DNA of 64,000 nt from Azolla caroliniana (Eukaryota; Plantae; Polypodiophyta): NCBI GenBank assembly GCA_043228905.1, contig JBHGNT010000020.1, positions 3,162,001 through 3,226,000 on the forward strand. Direction: 5' to 3'. Below the pieces are notes generated by a model. That model was not told the origin of the DNA and made no database searches. It saw only the letters and a program-made list of their open reading frames with translations. Shown here one piece after another: positions 1 through 11,092 of this stretch. The translations under genes were made by a program, and so were the position numbers. Within the stretch, counting starts at the first letter, position 1. Each line of letters starts with the position of its first letter.

Positions 1-725
1 CGATCTCATTTTGGTTAAGTGGACCGAATGAGCGGCTGAGTCGAGATGACCAGTCGGATGAGGAACTGGCGAGTAGTGGAGACTCTATCGTGCTCTCCCC
101 GCACAAGGAACCGAGGAGACGGTTCATGCGCAAAGAGAAGGGGAAGAAGAAGATGTCAGATTATGAAACCGGTAATGATGAGTCGGATTGGAGCAGATCC
201 GACTCCGGAAAAGAAAATGATGGTCCTTCGGCAACGAAGACCGAACCAGCCAAGAAGGGCCTCAAACCGGGTAACGGTGGGTTATGCCGGTCAACCCGCC
301 AAAAGGAACCTGTTAAGCGGTACGGGTACACTGAGTACATGGCCCATCACTATGCATATATGACCAAGGTGGCGGAAGTGCGTGAGCCGGAGAGCTACAC
401 AGAAGCGACAAGGGATGCAAATTAGCGTGCTGATATGGAGGAAGAGATGCGGGCACTTGATGCCAACGACACATGGGACCTGGTTGACCCTCCTTGTCAC
501 TGTAAACCAATCGGATGCAAGTGGGTGTACAAGGTAAAGTACAACGCCGACGGTTAAGTTAACCGGTACAAGGCCCGATTAGTGGTAAAAGGGATACACA
601 CAGACCCACGGAATTGACTACGACGAGACCTTCCCTCCGGTAGCGAAGATGACGACGGTTCATGTGGTGCTAGCGGTTGGTGCGGCAAGGGGGTGGCATC
701 TTCACCAAATGGATGTGAAGAATGC
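1..725 (+). mobile_element. Decayed Ty1/Copia fragment (integrase C-terminal linker and RT N-terminus), host of the 726-6424 insertion
   Basis: EPESYTEA...WDLVD...[10 protein letters not shown]...[11 protein letters not shown] motifs with stops and frameshifts; the frame resumes as NAFLQDDLEEE after 6424. Confidence 0.93.
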
Positions 726-1112
726 TATTGAGAGACAAGCTCAACATCGGCCGGATCGGCTGAAGAAGCCGAGGTCCGGATCGGTTGGGACCGATCGGTT
801 AGGCCGAGTGCATAAATCGGGAGATCGTTTGGAAAGATATTCCGTGAGGAATATATTTGGGAGTTAGTGTAGAGGCTCTTGATGAGCATTGAAGTACTGT
901 CAGTACTTCGGTCAGTCCTTTTAGGACTTGTATAAAAGTGCTCACTGAGCACGTCTTATGTACAGAGATTGAGTATTATTGTGGAATATAGTTTTTTGTG
1001 TTTCTCTCTCTGTCTCTCCTGCGTATACCGTGTAAGCCTAAGCTCTCCATTGAACCTGAGTTTCCTTCCTCTGTTCTGTCTTCATACTTGCTTCCGCACA
1101 CTACTTTCTAAA
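726..1112 (+). repeat. 5' LTR of Copia element
   Basis: Direct repeat of 6038-6424 with about 14 mismatches by eye (~3.6%); termini read TA...AA instead of TG...CA. Confidence 0.95.
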
Positions 1113-1124
1113 TGGTATCAGAGC
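1113..1124 (+). promoter_or_regulatory. Primer-binding site (tRNA-iMet)
   Basis: TGGTATCAGAGC directly after the 5' LTR. Confidence 0.95.
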
Positions 1125-1184
1125 GCGAGGGTTGAGAACCTCTCTGCAGCCGACACAGCTTGACGAAGAAGAACAAGAAGAACG

Positions 1185-4100
1185 ATGGATAGAGGCATGG
1201 CGAGCTTGCTTCCAACAGAGAAGATCGACAGAACCAACTACGCGTCTTGGTCCTACAAGATGCACCAGTACTTGCTCGGCCACGACTACTGGAGTTATGT
1301 CGAAGGAGCTAATGACGCGGCACCCGAATCGACACACAGAGACTTCCCGTCGTGGGAGCAATCGGCGAGCAGGGTATTGTACTGCTTCGGGTCGTGTGTG
1401 GGCGAACAAATATTGAGCTATGTTCGGGATGCAAAGACGCCAAAGGGTGCGTGGGAAAATCTGAAGAAGATTTTCGCCGCAAGCACCACAGCCAGGAAGC
1501 TTCAGCTCCGACAGGAGTTGAGCAACCTACGACAACGTGACTTGTCGGTGGCGGACTATACCTCGAAGATCAAGGATATCTACGACTCCCTCACCTCCAT
1601 AGAGGTGAACATCGAGCAGAGCGAGATGGTCCAGATCTGTCTCGGAGGTTTGGCGTCGAAGTTCGGAGCGTTCCGAACGGCTGTGTGTACCCGGGAGAAT
1701 ACGCCGTCCTTTTTCGACTTACAGTCGATGCTCCTGGTAGAGGAGAACCACGCGGGTGCGTCTACAAGCACGCACACCGACAACAGAATGTTGTACACGG
1801 AGGGAGATAGGCCCCATGGACGTGGAGGACGAGGCGAGTCGGCACGCAATGGAGGCGGCCGACGAGATCAAGGAAGAAGCCACCGAAGTGATGCCGACAG
1901 CAACTCCATACCCTCTAGAAACAGGGGGAGTCGAAGCGATGAGAACCGGCAAGGGAAGGCCATCGCGGAGTGCTGGTACTGTGGCAAGAAAGGCCACAGG
2001 GAAAGTGAGTGCTGGAAGAAGCGCGCCGATTCGGAGAGAACTGGTTCCGGGAACGGCTCCAGACATACCGACAAGGGAAATCGGCAGCGATCGCACTATG
2101 CCGAAGACTCCAGGAGAGCCGGAGAAGGGTCTGTCTTCGTGATGAGACACGAAGCAAACTCAATGAAACAGAGCACCCCGAGATCGGACGAGGTGTGGTA
2201 CGTAGACTCCAGCGCTTCAAACCACATGAAGAGCCATAAGGAGTTGTTCTCGTACCTTGAAAAACCGATACAACCGGGAGTAGTCGCAACAGGAGACTAC
2301 ACTCCGCATCCGATCGCGAATGTCAGAGAAGTTCCACTTAGCCATGTCGGGCAGAAAGGGAAACTCAAGAACGTGGTGCACGTTCCGACAATCACGAAGA
2401 ACTTGGTCTCGGTCGGACAGATCGTCGACCAGGGGATGGAGGTTCAGTTTACACACCTCGGGTGCTTCATTGAGGAAGAAGGACGTGTGATTGCGCAAGG
2501 GCGCAGAGACGGGAGGATGTTCATCCTCGACTCCACTGACGGCGGCACCGCAATGTTCGCAAAGGGATAAAAGACCGAGTCGGACATCGACTTGTGGCAC
2601 AAGCGGATAGGCCACGTCAACCACCAACGGCTTCAAGATCTGCAATTGAAACAGGTAGTATTCGGATTGCCCAAATTTAGTGGCCGAAAGGCACAAATTT
2701 GTGAAGCCTGCAAGCTCGGGAAGCAACACCGACTTCCCTTCCCCAACGAGCGAAACCGGAGCCAGAACAAGCTCGACCTTATACACTCCGATGTGTGGGG
2801 ACCGACACAAAACGTTAGTCTTGGTGGGAGCCGATATTTCGTCTCCTTCATCGACGACCACACGTGGCACACGTGGATCTACCTCATTGAGAGGAAGAGC
2901 GAAGTCTTCGACTATTTTCGGGACCTCAAAGGGTTCGTGGAAGCCGAAACGGGACGAAAGATCAAGTGCCTGCGGTCGGATGGCGGGAAAGAGTACTTTT
3001 CCGATCAATTCAACGGTTACCTACAACAAATGGGAATTCGGCGCGAATTCAGTTGTAGATACACGCCAGAGCAGAACGGCGTGGCCGAGAGAAAGAATCG
3101 GTCAGTTGTGGAAGCGGCACGGGCAATGCTGGAGGAGAAGAGCTTGCCCAAGTTCTACTGGGCCGAGGCGGTAAGGACCGCGGTATACATCCAGAACCGG
3201 ATTGGAGACAAAGTGTCGGCGCACGAGCTATATTTTAGAATGATGCCGAACTTGCGACAGTTGAGGGTGTTCGGTAGCATTGCGTATGTGCATGTACCGA
3301 AGGAGAAAAGGAGGAAGCTGGATGCAAAGGCCGAGAAGTGCATCTTGGTCGGTTACTCGGACGAGCAGAAGGGTTATAAGTGCTATAACCCTCACACCAA
3401 ACAAGCGCGTGTCAGCCGCGATGTTGTGTTTGACGAGTCCGCATCCTGGTACCTGCCCCCGACTACGAACCTCGACTCCCATCCGAGCTCTGATGATGAG
3501 GTCAGCGAGGCCGAGATGCCTCTAGATGTGCCCGAAATCGAGACCCGCGAAGAGAGTTCGATTTCACTCCGGTTAAGTGGACCAATTGGACAACTGAGTC
3601 GGTACGACCAATCCGATGAAGAGCTAGGGAGTAGTGGAGACTTGGCCGTGCATTCCCCACGCAGGAAGCCGAGGAGACGGCTTACGCGTAAAGAGAAAGG
3701 GAAGAAGAAGGTGTCGGATTCCGGCATGGAAAGGAACGAGTTAGACCGACGCGAGTCCGACTCCGAGGGAACCGGTGACAGGTCTTTAAAGATAAAGACC
3801 GCGTCTACCGAGAAGGCCTCGACATCGGCTAATGTGAGATTACGCTGATCTACCCGCCAAAAGAACCCAGTTGTGCGGTTCGGATACAACGAATACATGG
3901 CGCATCATTATGCGTACATGACCCGTGTAGCGGAAGTGCGTGAGCCGGAGAGCTACGCAGAAGCGGCTAAAGACGCGAATTGGCGTGCCGCGATGGAGGA
4001 AGAGATGCACGCATTGGCGGAGAACGAGACTTGGGACCTGGTTGACGCACCGAAGGGTGTGAAGCCGATCGGGTGTAGATGGGTGTACAAAGTCAAGTAC

Positions 4101-6043
4101 AACACTGATGGCTCGATCAACCGGTACAAGGCTCGGCTGGTGGCAAAGGGCTACGCGCAAAAACATGGCATCGACTACGATGAGACATTTGCGCCGCGAA
4201 AATGACGACCGTCCGTGTTTTGCTCGCAGTAGTCGCGGCCAAGGGGTGGCACTTACATCAGATGGATGTAAAGAATGCGTTCCTGCAAGGTGACCTTGAG
4301 GAACAGGTGTACATGGTACAACCCCCCGGATTTCACTCCGGAACGAACTCCTCGGCAGTATGCAGACTGATGAAGTCCCTTTACGGACTGAAGCAAGCCC
4401 CGCGTGCCTGGAACACGAAGATCACGCAACAACTGCGTCGGATGGGCTTCGTCACGTCAAAATCAGACTCTTCCCTGTTCTTCCGGAAAGGTCGACTTGG
4501 ACCGGTTAGTATTTTACTGTATGTTGATGACTTGGTCATCACCGGCGCCGACCTAGGTGAAATTGACCACGTGAAGCTCCAGCTTGCGGCATCGGTCGAC
4601 ATGAAGGATCTGGGGGACCTTCATTACTTCCTCGGGATCGAAGTGATCCGTACCCCCAAAGGCATATTGATCAGCCAACGTCACTATGTGCTGAGTATGC
4701 TCTTCAAACTCGGGATGGCCGACTGTAAGTCCATCTCGACTCCTCTGGATAGAACCATGAAGCTTCATCCCGATACGGGAAAGGTATGCGACCCGACGAG
4801 GTTCCGACAAATTGTCGGAAGCCTCATATACTTGACCATCACCCGACCCGACCTCAGTTATCCGGTCGGGGTGATCAGTCAGTTCATGGCGCGACCTACC
4901 GAGGAGCACCTTCAGTGTGCGCAACGCATACTTCGGTATGTAAGCGGCACTAAGGACCGCGGACTGCTATATCGTACCGGTGCAGCTGCATAGTTAGTCG
5001 GCTACACCGATGCTGATTGGGCTGGCAACGCCGTCGATCGCCGATCCACGTCTGGATACGCGTTCTCCCTCGGGAGTGCCGCGATCGCGTGGAGCAGTAT
5101 GAAGCAGCCGACAGTTGCACTGTCGAGCACCGAAGCTGAGTACCGAGGAGTGGTTGTCGCGACATGTGAAGCCATATGGTTGAAGCGGCTACTTAAGGAC
5201 TTGCAAGAGGAGGTGTCCGATCCAACGACGATCTACTGCGACAACCTCAGCAACATCCAACTCGCGAAGAACCCCATCTTCCATGCACGGACCAAGAACA
5301 TTGAGGTGCACTACCACTTCGTCCGTGAGCGTGTCCTTTCCGATGAAGTCGAACTTCAGTACGTTCCGACGGATCGGCAGACTGCCGACATCTTCACAAA
5401 GCCTCTTGGTCTGGACAAGTTGCGGCAATTCTCAGGTGCGCTCGGGTTGCGTCACCTCGACGTGCCAAACTTGAGGGGGAGAACAGTCCCGAACGACCAA
5501 GCAAGGCAGCAGGAAAGGAGCGGTGACCATGACACCGAGTCGGTTGACTCGTTTGTTGACTCGGTTGAAGACAGATCGGCTGAAGAAGCCGAGGGCGACT
5601 TCGAATCGGCTAAAGAAGCTGAGGGTGGACCCGCGGAAAAGTTCGGAAGAGGACAGAAGGGGAGCAACCGAAGGAGAGAGCCGAAGCTAACCACGCATGG
5701 GGAAGATGACGCCATCGAGGGCGAGAAGACCGAAGACGAGTTGGAGACAGCCAACTCGGACGAGAGCAAAAACCGATCGGAGGTAGCCGAGTCGGTTCGG
5801 ATGTTTGATTCAGACACGCTGAATCAACCGAGGCCCAAGCGGAAGAAAAGGCAGCAGGAGAAGCGTCAAAACCGCAACAACAGAAGAGCTGATAAGGGCC
5901 GCATGAGCAGACAAGCCGACCAGAAGGGTCGAAGCGTGCGGAGTCAAACAGGTCGAGGAGCGCGAGCGAGGCGAGAAGCCAGGAGGAACCGGTGTTGTGA
6001 AGATCCCGAAGAGCCTCAAGTTGAGCTTGAGGGGGAGTGTTGA
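1185..6043 (+). pseudogene. Copia gag-pol polyprotein, interrupted (stops at 2568, 3846, 4991; frameshift near 4200), with a charged C-terminal extension
   Basis: CWYCGKKGHRESEC knuckle; WYVDSSAS protease; WHKRIGH/CEAC and IHSDVWGP integrase; LYVDDL RT; ADIFTKPL RNase H. Confidence 0.95.
6026..6037 (+). promoter_or_regulatory. Polypurine tract of Copia element
   Basis: CTTGAGGGGGAG directly before the TGTTG start of the 3' LTR. Confidence 0.9.
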
Positions 6044-6424
6044 GAGACAAGCTCAACATCGTCCGGATCGGCTGAAGAAGCCGAGGACCGGATCGGTTGG
6101 GACCGATCGGTTAGGCCGAGTGCGTAAACCGGGAGATCGTTAGGAAAGATATTCCGTGAGGAATATATTTGGGAGTTAGTGTAGGGGCTCTTGATGAGCA
6201 TTGAAGTATTGTCAGTACTTCGGCCAGTCCTTTTAGGACTTGTATAAAAGTGCTCACTGAGCACGTCTTATGTACAGAGATTGAGTATTATTGTGGAATA
6301 TAGTTTTTTGTGTTTCTCTCTCTATCTCTCCTGCGTATACCGTGTAAGCCTAAGCTCTCCATTGAACCTGGGTTTCCTTCCTCTGTTCTGTCTTCATACT
6401 TGCTTCTGCACGCTACTTTCTACA
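6038..6424 (+). repeat. 3' LTR of Copia element
   Basis: TGTTGAGAG...TTTCTACA, copy of 726-1112. Confidence 0.96.
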
Positions 6425-6825
6425 AATGCATTTCTTCAAGACGATCTTGAAGAAGAGGTCTTGATGACCCAACTCCCTAGTTTTCAGTCAGAGATGAACG
6501 AGTCAACGGTATGCTGGCTGAAGAAGTCACTTTATGGCCTGAAGCAAGCCCCCTGAGCTTGGAATGCGAAGATCATACACCGGTTGCGTAAGATGGGGTT
6601 TGCGGCCTTCAAGTCTAACTCTTCGTTGTTCATTCGGCAAGGTTCGGACGGTCCGGTATGCATCTTGTTGTATGTTGATGATCTAGTAATCACCGGACCC
6701 GGACTCGATGAAATCAGCCGAGTTAAGTCCCTGCTGTCGGACGCATTTGAGATGAAGGACCTGGGAGACCTTCACTACTTCCTTGGGATCGAGGTGATCC
6801 AAACCCTCGACGGCATATTGCTAGA
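6425..6825 (+). mobile_element. Continuation of host Copia RT
   Basis: NAFLQDDLEEE...LKKSLYGLKQAP...LLYVDDLVI...DLGDLHYFLGIEV. Confidence 0.92.
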
Positions 6826-8373
6826 TGTCGCGGAAATCTGCGGGTACGTGTTGGTTTGTGCCTCAACTGACTTGAACCTTATCATCAAGTTGTGGGTGGT
6901 TCTATCATACCACAAGGCATAAGGCAATAACCAAGGCTAGTCAGTGACTCTCATGCGTAGGCTTTGACAATAGCCTTATCTACGACTTGTGCCTGTGCTC
7001 TATCTTCCAGTTGGCCTCTAGGTTATGAGCAATTGAGAGGGAGAGATTTAATCCTAGTCGATCAAAGAGCTCCATAGCTTCATGAGCATTCAACTCTCCC
7101 TTGTCTTTAATATCTTCTCCATGTAACCGTTGTCGCGGAAATCCGCGGGTACGTGTCGGTTTGGGTAAGACCACGAGGGTTTGTGACTAGGGAGTAGAGG
7201 GGGAGGAATGGGAGCTTATCCCTTACGGCCTTTGAGCTCAAAAGGGGTAGGAGAAAGAATAAGAGATTAACATGGTAGAGAAATAGATAGAGACAAGGTT
7301 CACCAAACTAATTCCATTATGAGGCACAAAAGCCACAAAATGATTACAACTGTGATTGATTAAATCGAACCCAAGCACAACTAGAAGAAATGATAATGAC
7401 TAAGGAGAGAGAGAGAGAGAATGAAACCCTAAACCTTCCTAACTACTACCACGATGACCAAACGAAAACCCTAAAACGAAATAGGTAAAGATGAAGTCGG
7501 AAACCCTAATGGTCTACTTCTAACGACAAAATGGTGACCCTTTCAATGGTGACCTCTCACTCCCTTTTATAGTAGAAAGGGGTGAGGCACATTACAAAAG
7601 AGAGGCCAAATATTCCCTTCTTTCAATGTGGAATATTTGCCTTGATCTTAGGAGGAGAGATTGATGAACCTTAACTCCCTCTCTTCACATACACACACTA
7701 CCATGCCCACTACTCAGTACACCCGTACTTCCATGTACTCCCCTTTTGTCTACATGTGCATGTGCACATAAGTGCACATCACATTTACATTCTATGAACT
7801 TTGTGCTGTAATTTAGCACCTTACACATTACATTTTGTTTCTTATTCTTATTTTTACAAGTTCACTATGTGCATGTGCAATGTTGCACATCCCGTTGTTA
7901 TCCGTCCCACTCGGGTTTCTCTCCATAACCGAAAATCCTCACGACACCATATAAGAAGATTACGTTTTCGAGCAAAAACTTACACACCACCACCGTCGTT
8001 TTGTTCCTCTAGGCTCTTCCTTCTACTTGGTTTGTGAGGTCTTCCCTTGCTAACACTAAGTACTTCATTTCACCCACTCCCATTGGCATGGATTCGAGGT
8101 CCACCATCTATTTGAAGTGTACGGTAAGTGGGTAGGTTGGGTGCAACTCATGTCAATGTTATATGTTCGAGTGTATTTGGTAGCTTTCACATGTCCCCAT
8201 AAAATGGGTGACATCCTTGTATACTCATGGCCACCAATACTTGTTCTTTAGCTTCTTGAAAGTTGCCCACATTCATCTATGGCTTGCCCAAGGACTCTCG
8301 TGGATTTCAGGCACCAATATTTTATGGTTGATAGTATGTAATATACTCAAATGCATTGGCAAACATTCTTTTT
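6826..8373 (-). mobile_element. Gypsy (Phygy-like) integrase remnant, split by a solo LTR, with a 33-bp LTR terminus at 6826
   Basis: Minus-strand VCKFLLENV..YG..KI.DKGELNAHEAMELFDRLG; homologous to 10250-10602; 6826-6858 repeats the start of the 7131 LTR. Confidence 0.75.
7131..7946 (-). mobile_element. Solo LTR
   Basis: TGTCG...CGACA termini; 4-bp TSD CCGT/CCAT; removing it restores the integrase frame (LYGYMEKI); CTATAAAAGGG TATA on the minus strand. Confidence 0.85.
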
Positions 8374-8725
8374 TGTTGAGCGGCAAGCTCAACCGGAGCC
8401 GGATCGGCTAAATAAGCCTGAGCCGGTAAGCGAGATGAATCGGTATGCCAGTGACCAACCGAGCCGGTAAGCAGTAAGGACCGGTGAGCTGGGGAGCCGG
8501 TATGCCGGATCCAATCCGTAACCGGAAGCCTAGTATAGGTTAGACTACTAGGCAGTTATAGTCTTGTAGTTAGTGTTAGATGCTCATGTGAGCATTGAAG
8601 TACACCGGTTCTGGTTTTGCTTACTGACCAGTTTCCGGTTTCCGGATTTGCATACCAGCTAGTTTCTAGATTTGCATACCGGCCGGTTTCCGGATTTGCT
8701 TATTGGCCGGATTCCGGTTTTTGGG
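8374..8725 (+). mobile_element. Truncated LTR related to the 726-6424 Copia family, with short CCGG-rich tandem repeats
   Basis: TGTTGAGCGGCAAGCTCAAC...GGATCGGCT and GAGCATTGAAGTAC shared with the 6038 LTR. Confidence 0.75.
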
Positions 8726-8729
8726 AACT

Positions 8730-9060
8730 TGGCCACCATCATCCATCAAGACAAAGTGGCCAAAGTGCTCTTAGCACAAATGAAAAATGAGGAGCTCAAG
8801 GTGCTTATATAGCCAGGGCCTTAAGTTTCCTACCTAGGTGGGATAGTTCTAATTTCCCTATCTTCTCAAACTTCATTTTCACATAACTTGATATGTATTT
8901 CTCCATTTTGTATATAGTAAAATACATTTTGAAGCTCTTGAGTATATCCATCTTTCTATAGTAATCCATTAAGCTAATATAAAGTACTTATTTTATTATT
9001 TATTTATTTACATAGTTTTCATATCGTGTGTGAAAAACCATACGACATTCACCCCCACCA
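8730..9060 (-). mobile_element. Partial 3' LTR plus PPT of another LTR element
   Basis: Minus strand reads TGGTGGGGGTGAA then TGTCGTATGG at 9047. Confidence 0.55.
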
Positions 9061-9599
9061 AACCTGCACATCCACCGGTATGTGCCAATGGTAGTGAGGT
9101 TTCTCTTTTGATTATTCTACTTCATCATCGATGTACCCGAATCGCCATTGCCATCCGATCCACCATATTCTCTAGAGCATTTCCATGACCAATTGTCATG
9201 GCTCTCTTTGCTCCTCTAGAGCATAATGCTTCACTTCTTATGCATGTGCCACCTTCATCTCGGCCATCTCCTTGGTCATCTAATTTTCTCTTATCATTCT
9301 TTCTTGTTCCTTGCATGCCTTTCAAAGGCTTTATCGAAATACTATTGTTGAGTACTCTTAGTGGTTCATTCTTCAACTGCATACACATCTCAAGGTCCTT
9401 AAGTGAACACATTTCATGCGCACTTTGTCCACTTTTGTGGTATACTCTCGTCTTTGAGTTGACTATGACTTCCTAGACAATAAATCAATCTTTCCTACCT
9501 AGTATGTTTACATCAGCCGACCTATCCCCAATTATGTACTCCTCATCAATACTTGTGCCCGCGTGTAAGGGCTGGTTCACGCTCTCTATTCACTGATTC

Positions 9600-9784
9600 C
9601 TCCTAGGGATGGTTTTTTCCATGACACAAGTTCCCTTGTTCGGCGTTACCATATCCAGATTTATTAGAATCGGTGCGATTCTTCCAGCACTCGCTTTCTC
9701 TATGGCCCTTCCGGCCACAATACTAGCATTCCAAGTCGGCCTTTCCTTGCCGGTTTCCGGCACCACTCTAACTTCCCTTGCTTG
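9600..9784 (-). mobile_element. Copia gag zinc-knuckle fragment (inverted relative to its neighbour)
   Basis: Minus strand encodes GKADLEC*YCGRKGHRESECWK, homologous to ~1950-2020. Confidence 0.8.
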
Positions 9785-10249
9785 CAGTAAGGACCGCGGT
9801 ATACATCCAGAACCGGATCGGAGACCAAGTGTCGGTACACGAGCAATATTTCGGAACGAAGCTGAACTTGCGACACTTATGAGTTTTCGGTAGCATTGCG
9901 TATGTGCATGTGCCGAAGGGGAAAAGGAGGAAGTTGGACGCAAAAGCCGAGAAGTGTATCTTGGTTGGCTATTCGGACGAGTAGAAGGGCTATAAGTGCT
10001 ATAACCCACGCACCAAACAAGCGCGCGTGAGCTATGACATTGTGTTTGACGAGTCCGCATCCTGGTACTTGCCCCCGACTCCGGACCTTACCTCCAATCC
10101 GAGTTCTGACGATGAGGTCAGCGAGGCCGAGATGTCTACGGATGAGCCGAAAATCGGGACCCGCAAAGAGAGTCTGATTTCGTTTTGGTTAAGTGGACCG
10201 ACTGAACGACTGAGTCGGTACGACCGGTCCGATGAAGAGCCGGCGAAGA
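9785..10249 (+). mobile_element. Copia integrase C-terminal fragment
   Basis: Near copy of ~3167-3620 (AVRTAVYIQNRIGD...VFDESASWYLPP). Confidence 0.88.
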
Positions 10250-10602
10250 CAAATGAAGTACTTGGTACTAGCAAGAGAAGAATTGACAAATCAGGTAGAA
10301 GGACGAGCCTTGGAAAATAAGAAGACATCAGTTGTTTGCAAATTTCTACTCGAAGAGGTTGTTTGCCGATATGGATGTGTAGGAAAGACAGTGGCTGACC
10401 GAGGGAAGCTAGACGCACGTGAAGCAATGGAGCTCTTTGAGCGACTAAGCGTGAAGCTCTCCCTCACGACTACCTACAAACAAATGGGAAGATCGAGTGA
10501 GGGCATGGACTAATAGTCAAAGCCATCGTACGAGCATGCGACGGTCAAGTCGGGAACTGGCCGCGACTATTGCCCTATGCCCTGTGGGTTGACAGAACTA
10601 CG
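10250..10602 (+). mobile_element. Gypsy (Phygy-like) integrase core fragment
   Basis: KYLVLAREELTNQVEGRAL...VVCRYGCVGKTVADRGKLDAREA...WPRLLPYALW. Confidence 0.8.
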
Positions 10603-11038
10603 TGTTAATCCTAGGGCCGGACAATAGCCTAACACAGGGTGTCCACTTAAGACACTTCACCAAAGGGTGTTACGGCAGGATGACTTACGACAGAACGCTT
10701 AATTAGACCTTAATTGGTTACTTAGCAATACGTCATTACAGGCGAAAGATATAACAATGAGTACAGAACGGTAATCAATACTGAAAGGTTAAGGCAATAA
10801 GTTATATTAATTATCCGCTGTCAATTACATTGTAACCGGGCCTTTATATAGATCTCCGGTGCGAAGTACAAAACGGTGCCAATTGGCACCTATTCGGAAT
10901 CGGTCCGAATCCGGATCGGCATACCGATTCTGGTCCGTCCGTCCATATTAATAAACTAATTGCAACAATTCCTGAATAAACTATTCCTTTCACACTCTGG
11001 TTTGGACATCCTTAAGCCTTCTTGCCGACCGGGTAACA
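10603..11038 (-). repeat. 3' LTR of Gypsy element A
   Basis: TGTTA...TAACA inverted termini; sharp junction with the host integrase at 10603; CTATATAAAGG TATA-like box on the minus strand (~10841-10851); partner LTR not in window. Confidence 0.8.
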
Positions 11039-11040
11039 CA

Positions 11041-11079
11041 TGGCACGCCCGTGGGACAATACCTTGTACGTCGAACCCA
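11041..11079 (+). promoter_or_regulatory. Inverted tRNA-Arg-type primer-binding site at the PPT position (element A)
   Basis: TAACA-ca-TGGCACGCCCGTGGGACA-ATACCTTGTAC-G-TCGAACCCA; resembles the complement of a plant tRNA-Arg(UCU) 3' end and T-arm (recalled, not searched). Confidence 0.8.
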
Positions 11080-11092
11080 TTATCCGGCCCTG

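Larger units (their letters stand above)
726..6424 (+). mobile_element. Full-length Ty1/Copia LTR retrotransposon (decayed)
   Basis: Two 387-bp LTRs, 5-bp TSD AATGC (721-725 and 6425-6429), tRNA-iMet PBS, PPT, gag-PR-INT-RT-RH domain order. Confidence 0.97.

Noticed and set aside
2217-3898. Long antisense ORFs (263 aa, 168 aa) over the Copia pol
   Set aside because: Shadow frames of GC-rich coding sequence with no recognisable motifs
10603-11060. Reading the LTR and PBS as the 5' end of an ordinary plus-strand element
   Set aside because: No plus-strand gag follows; the minus-strand ORF2 stop lies ~15 nt from the module; the TATA-like box faces the other way; the layout recurs at 60.6 kb
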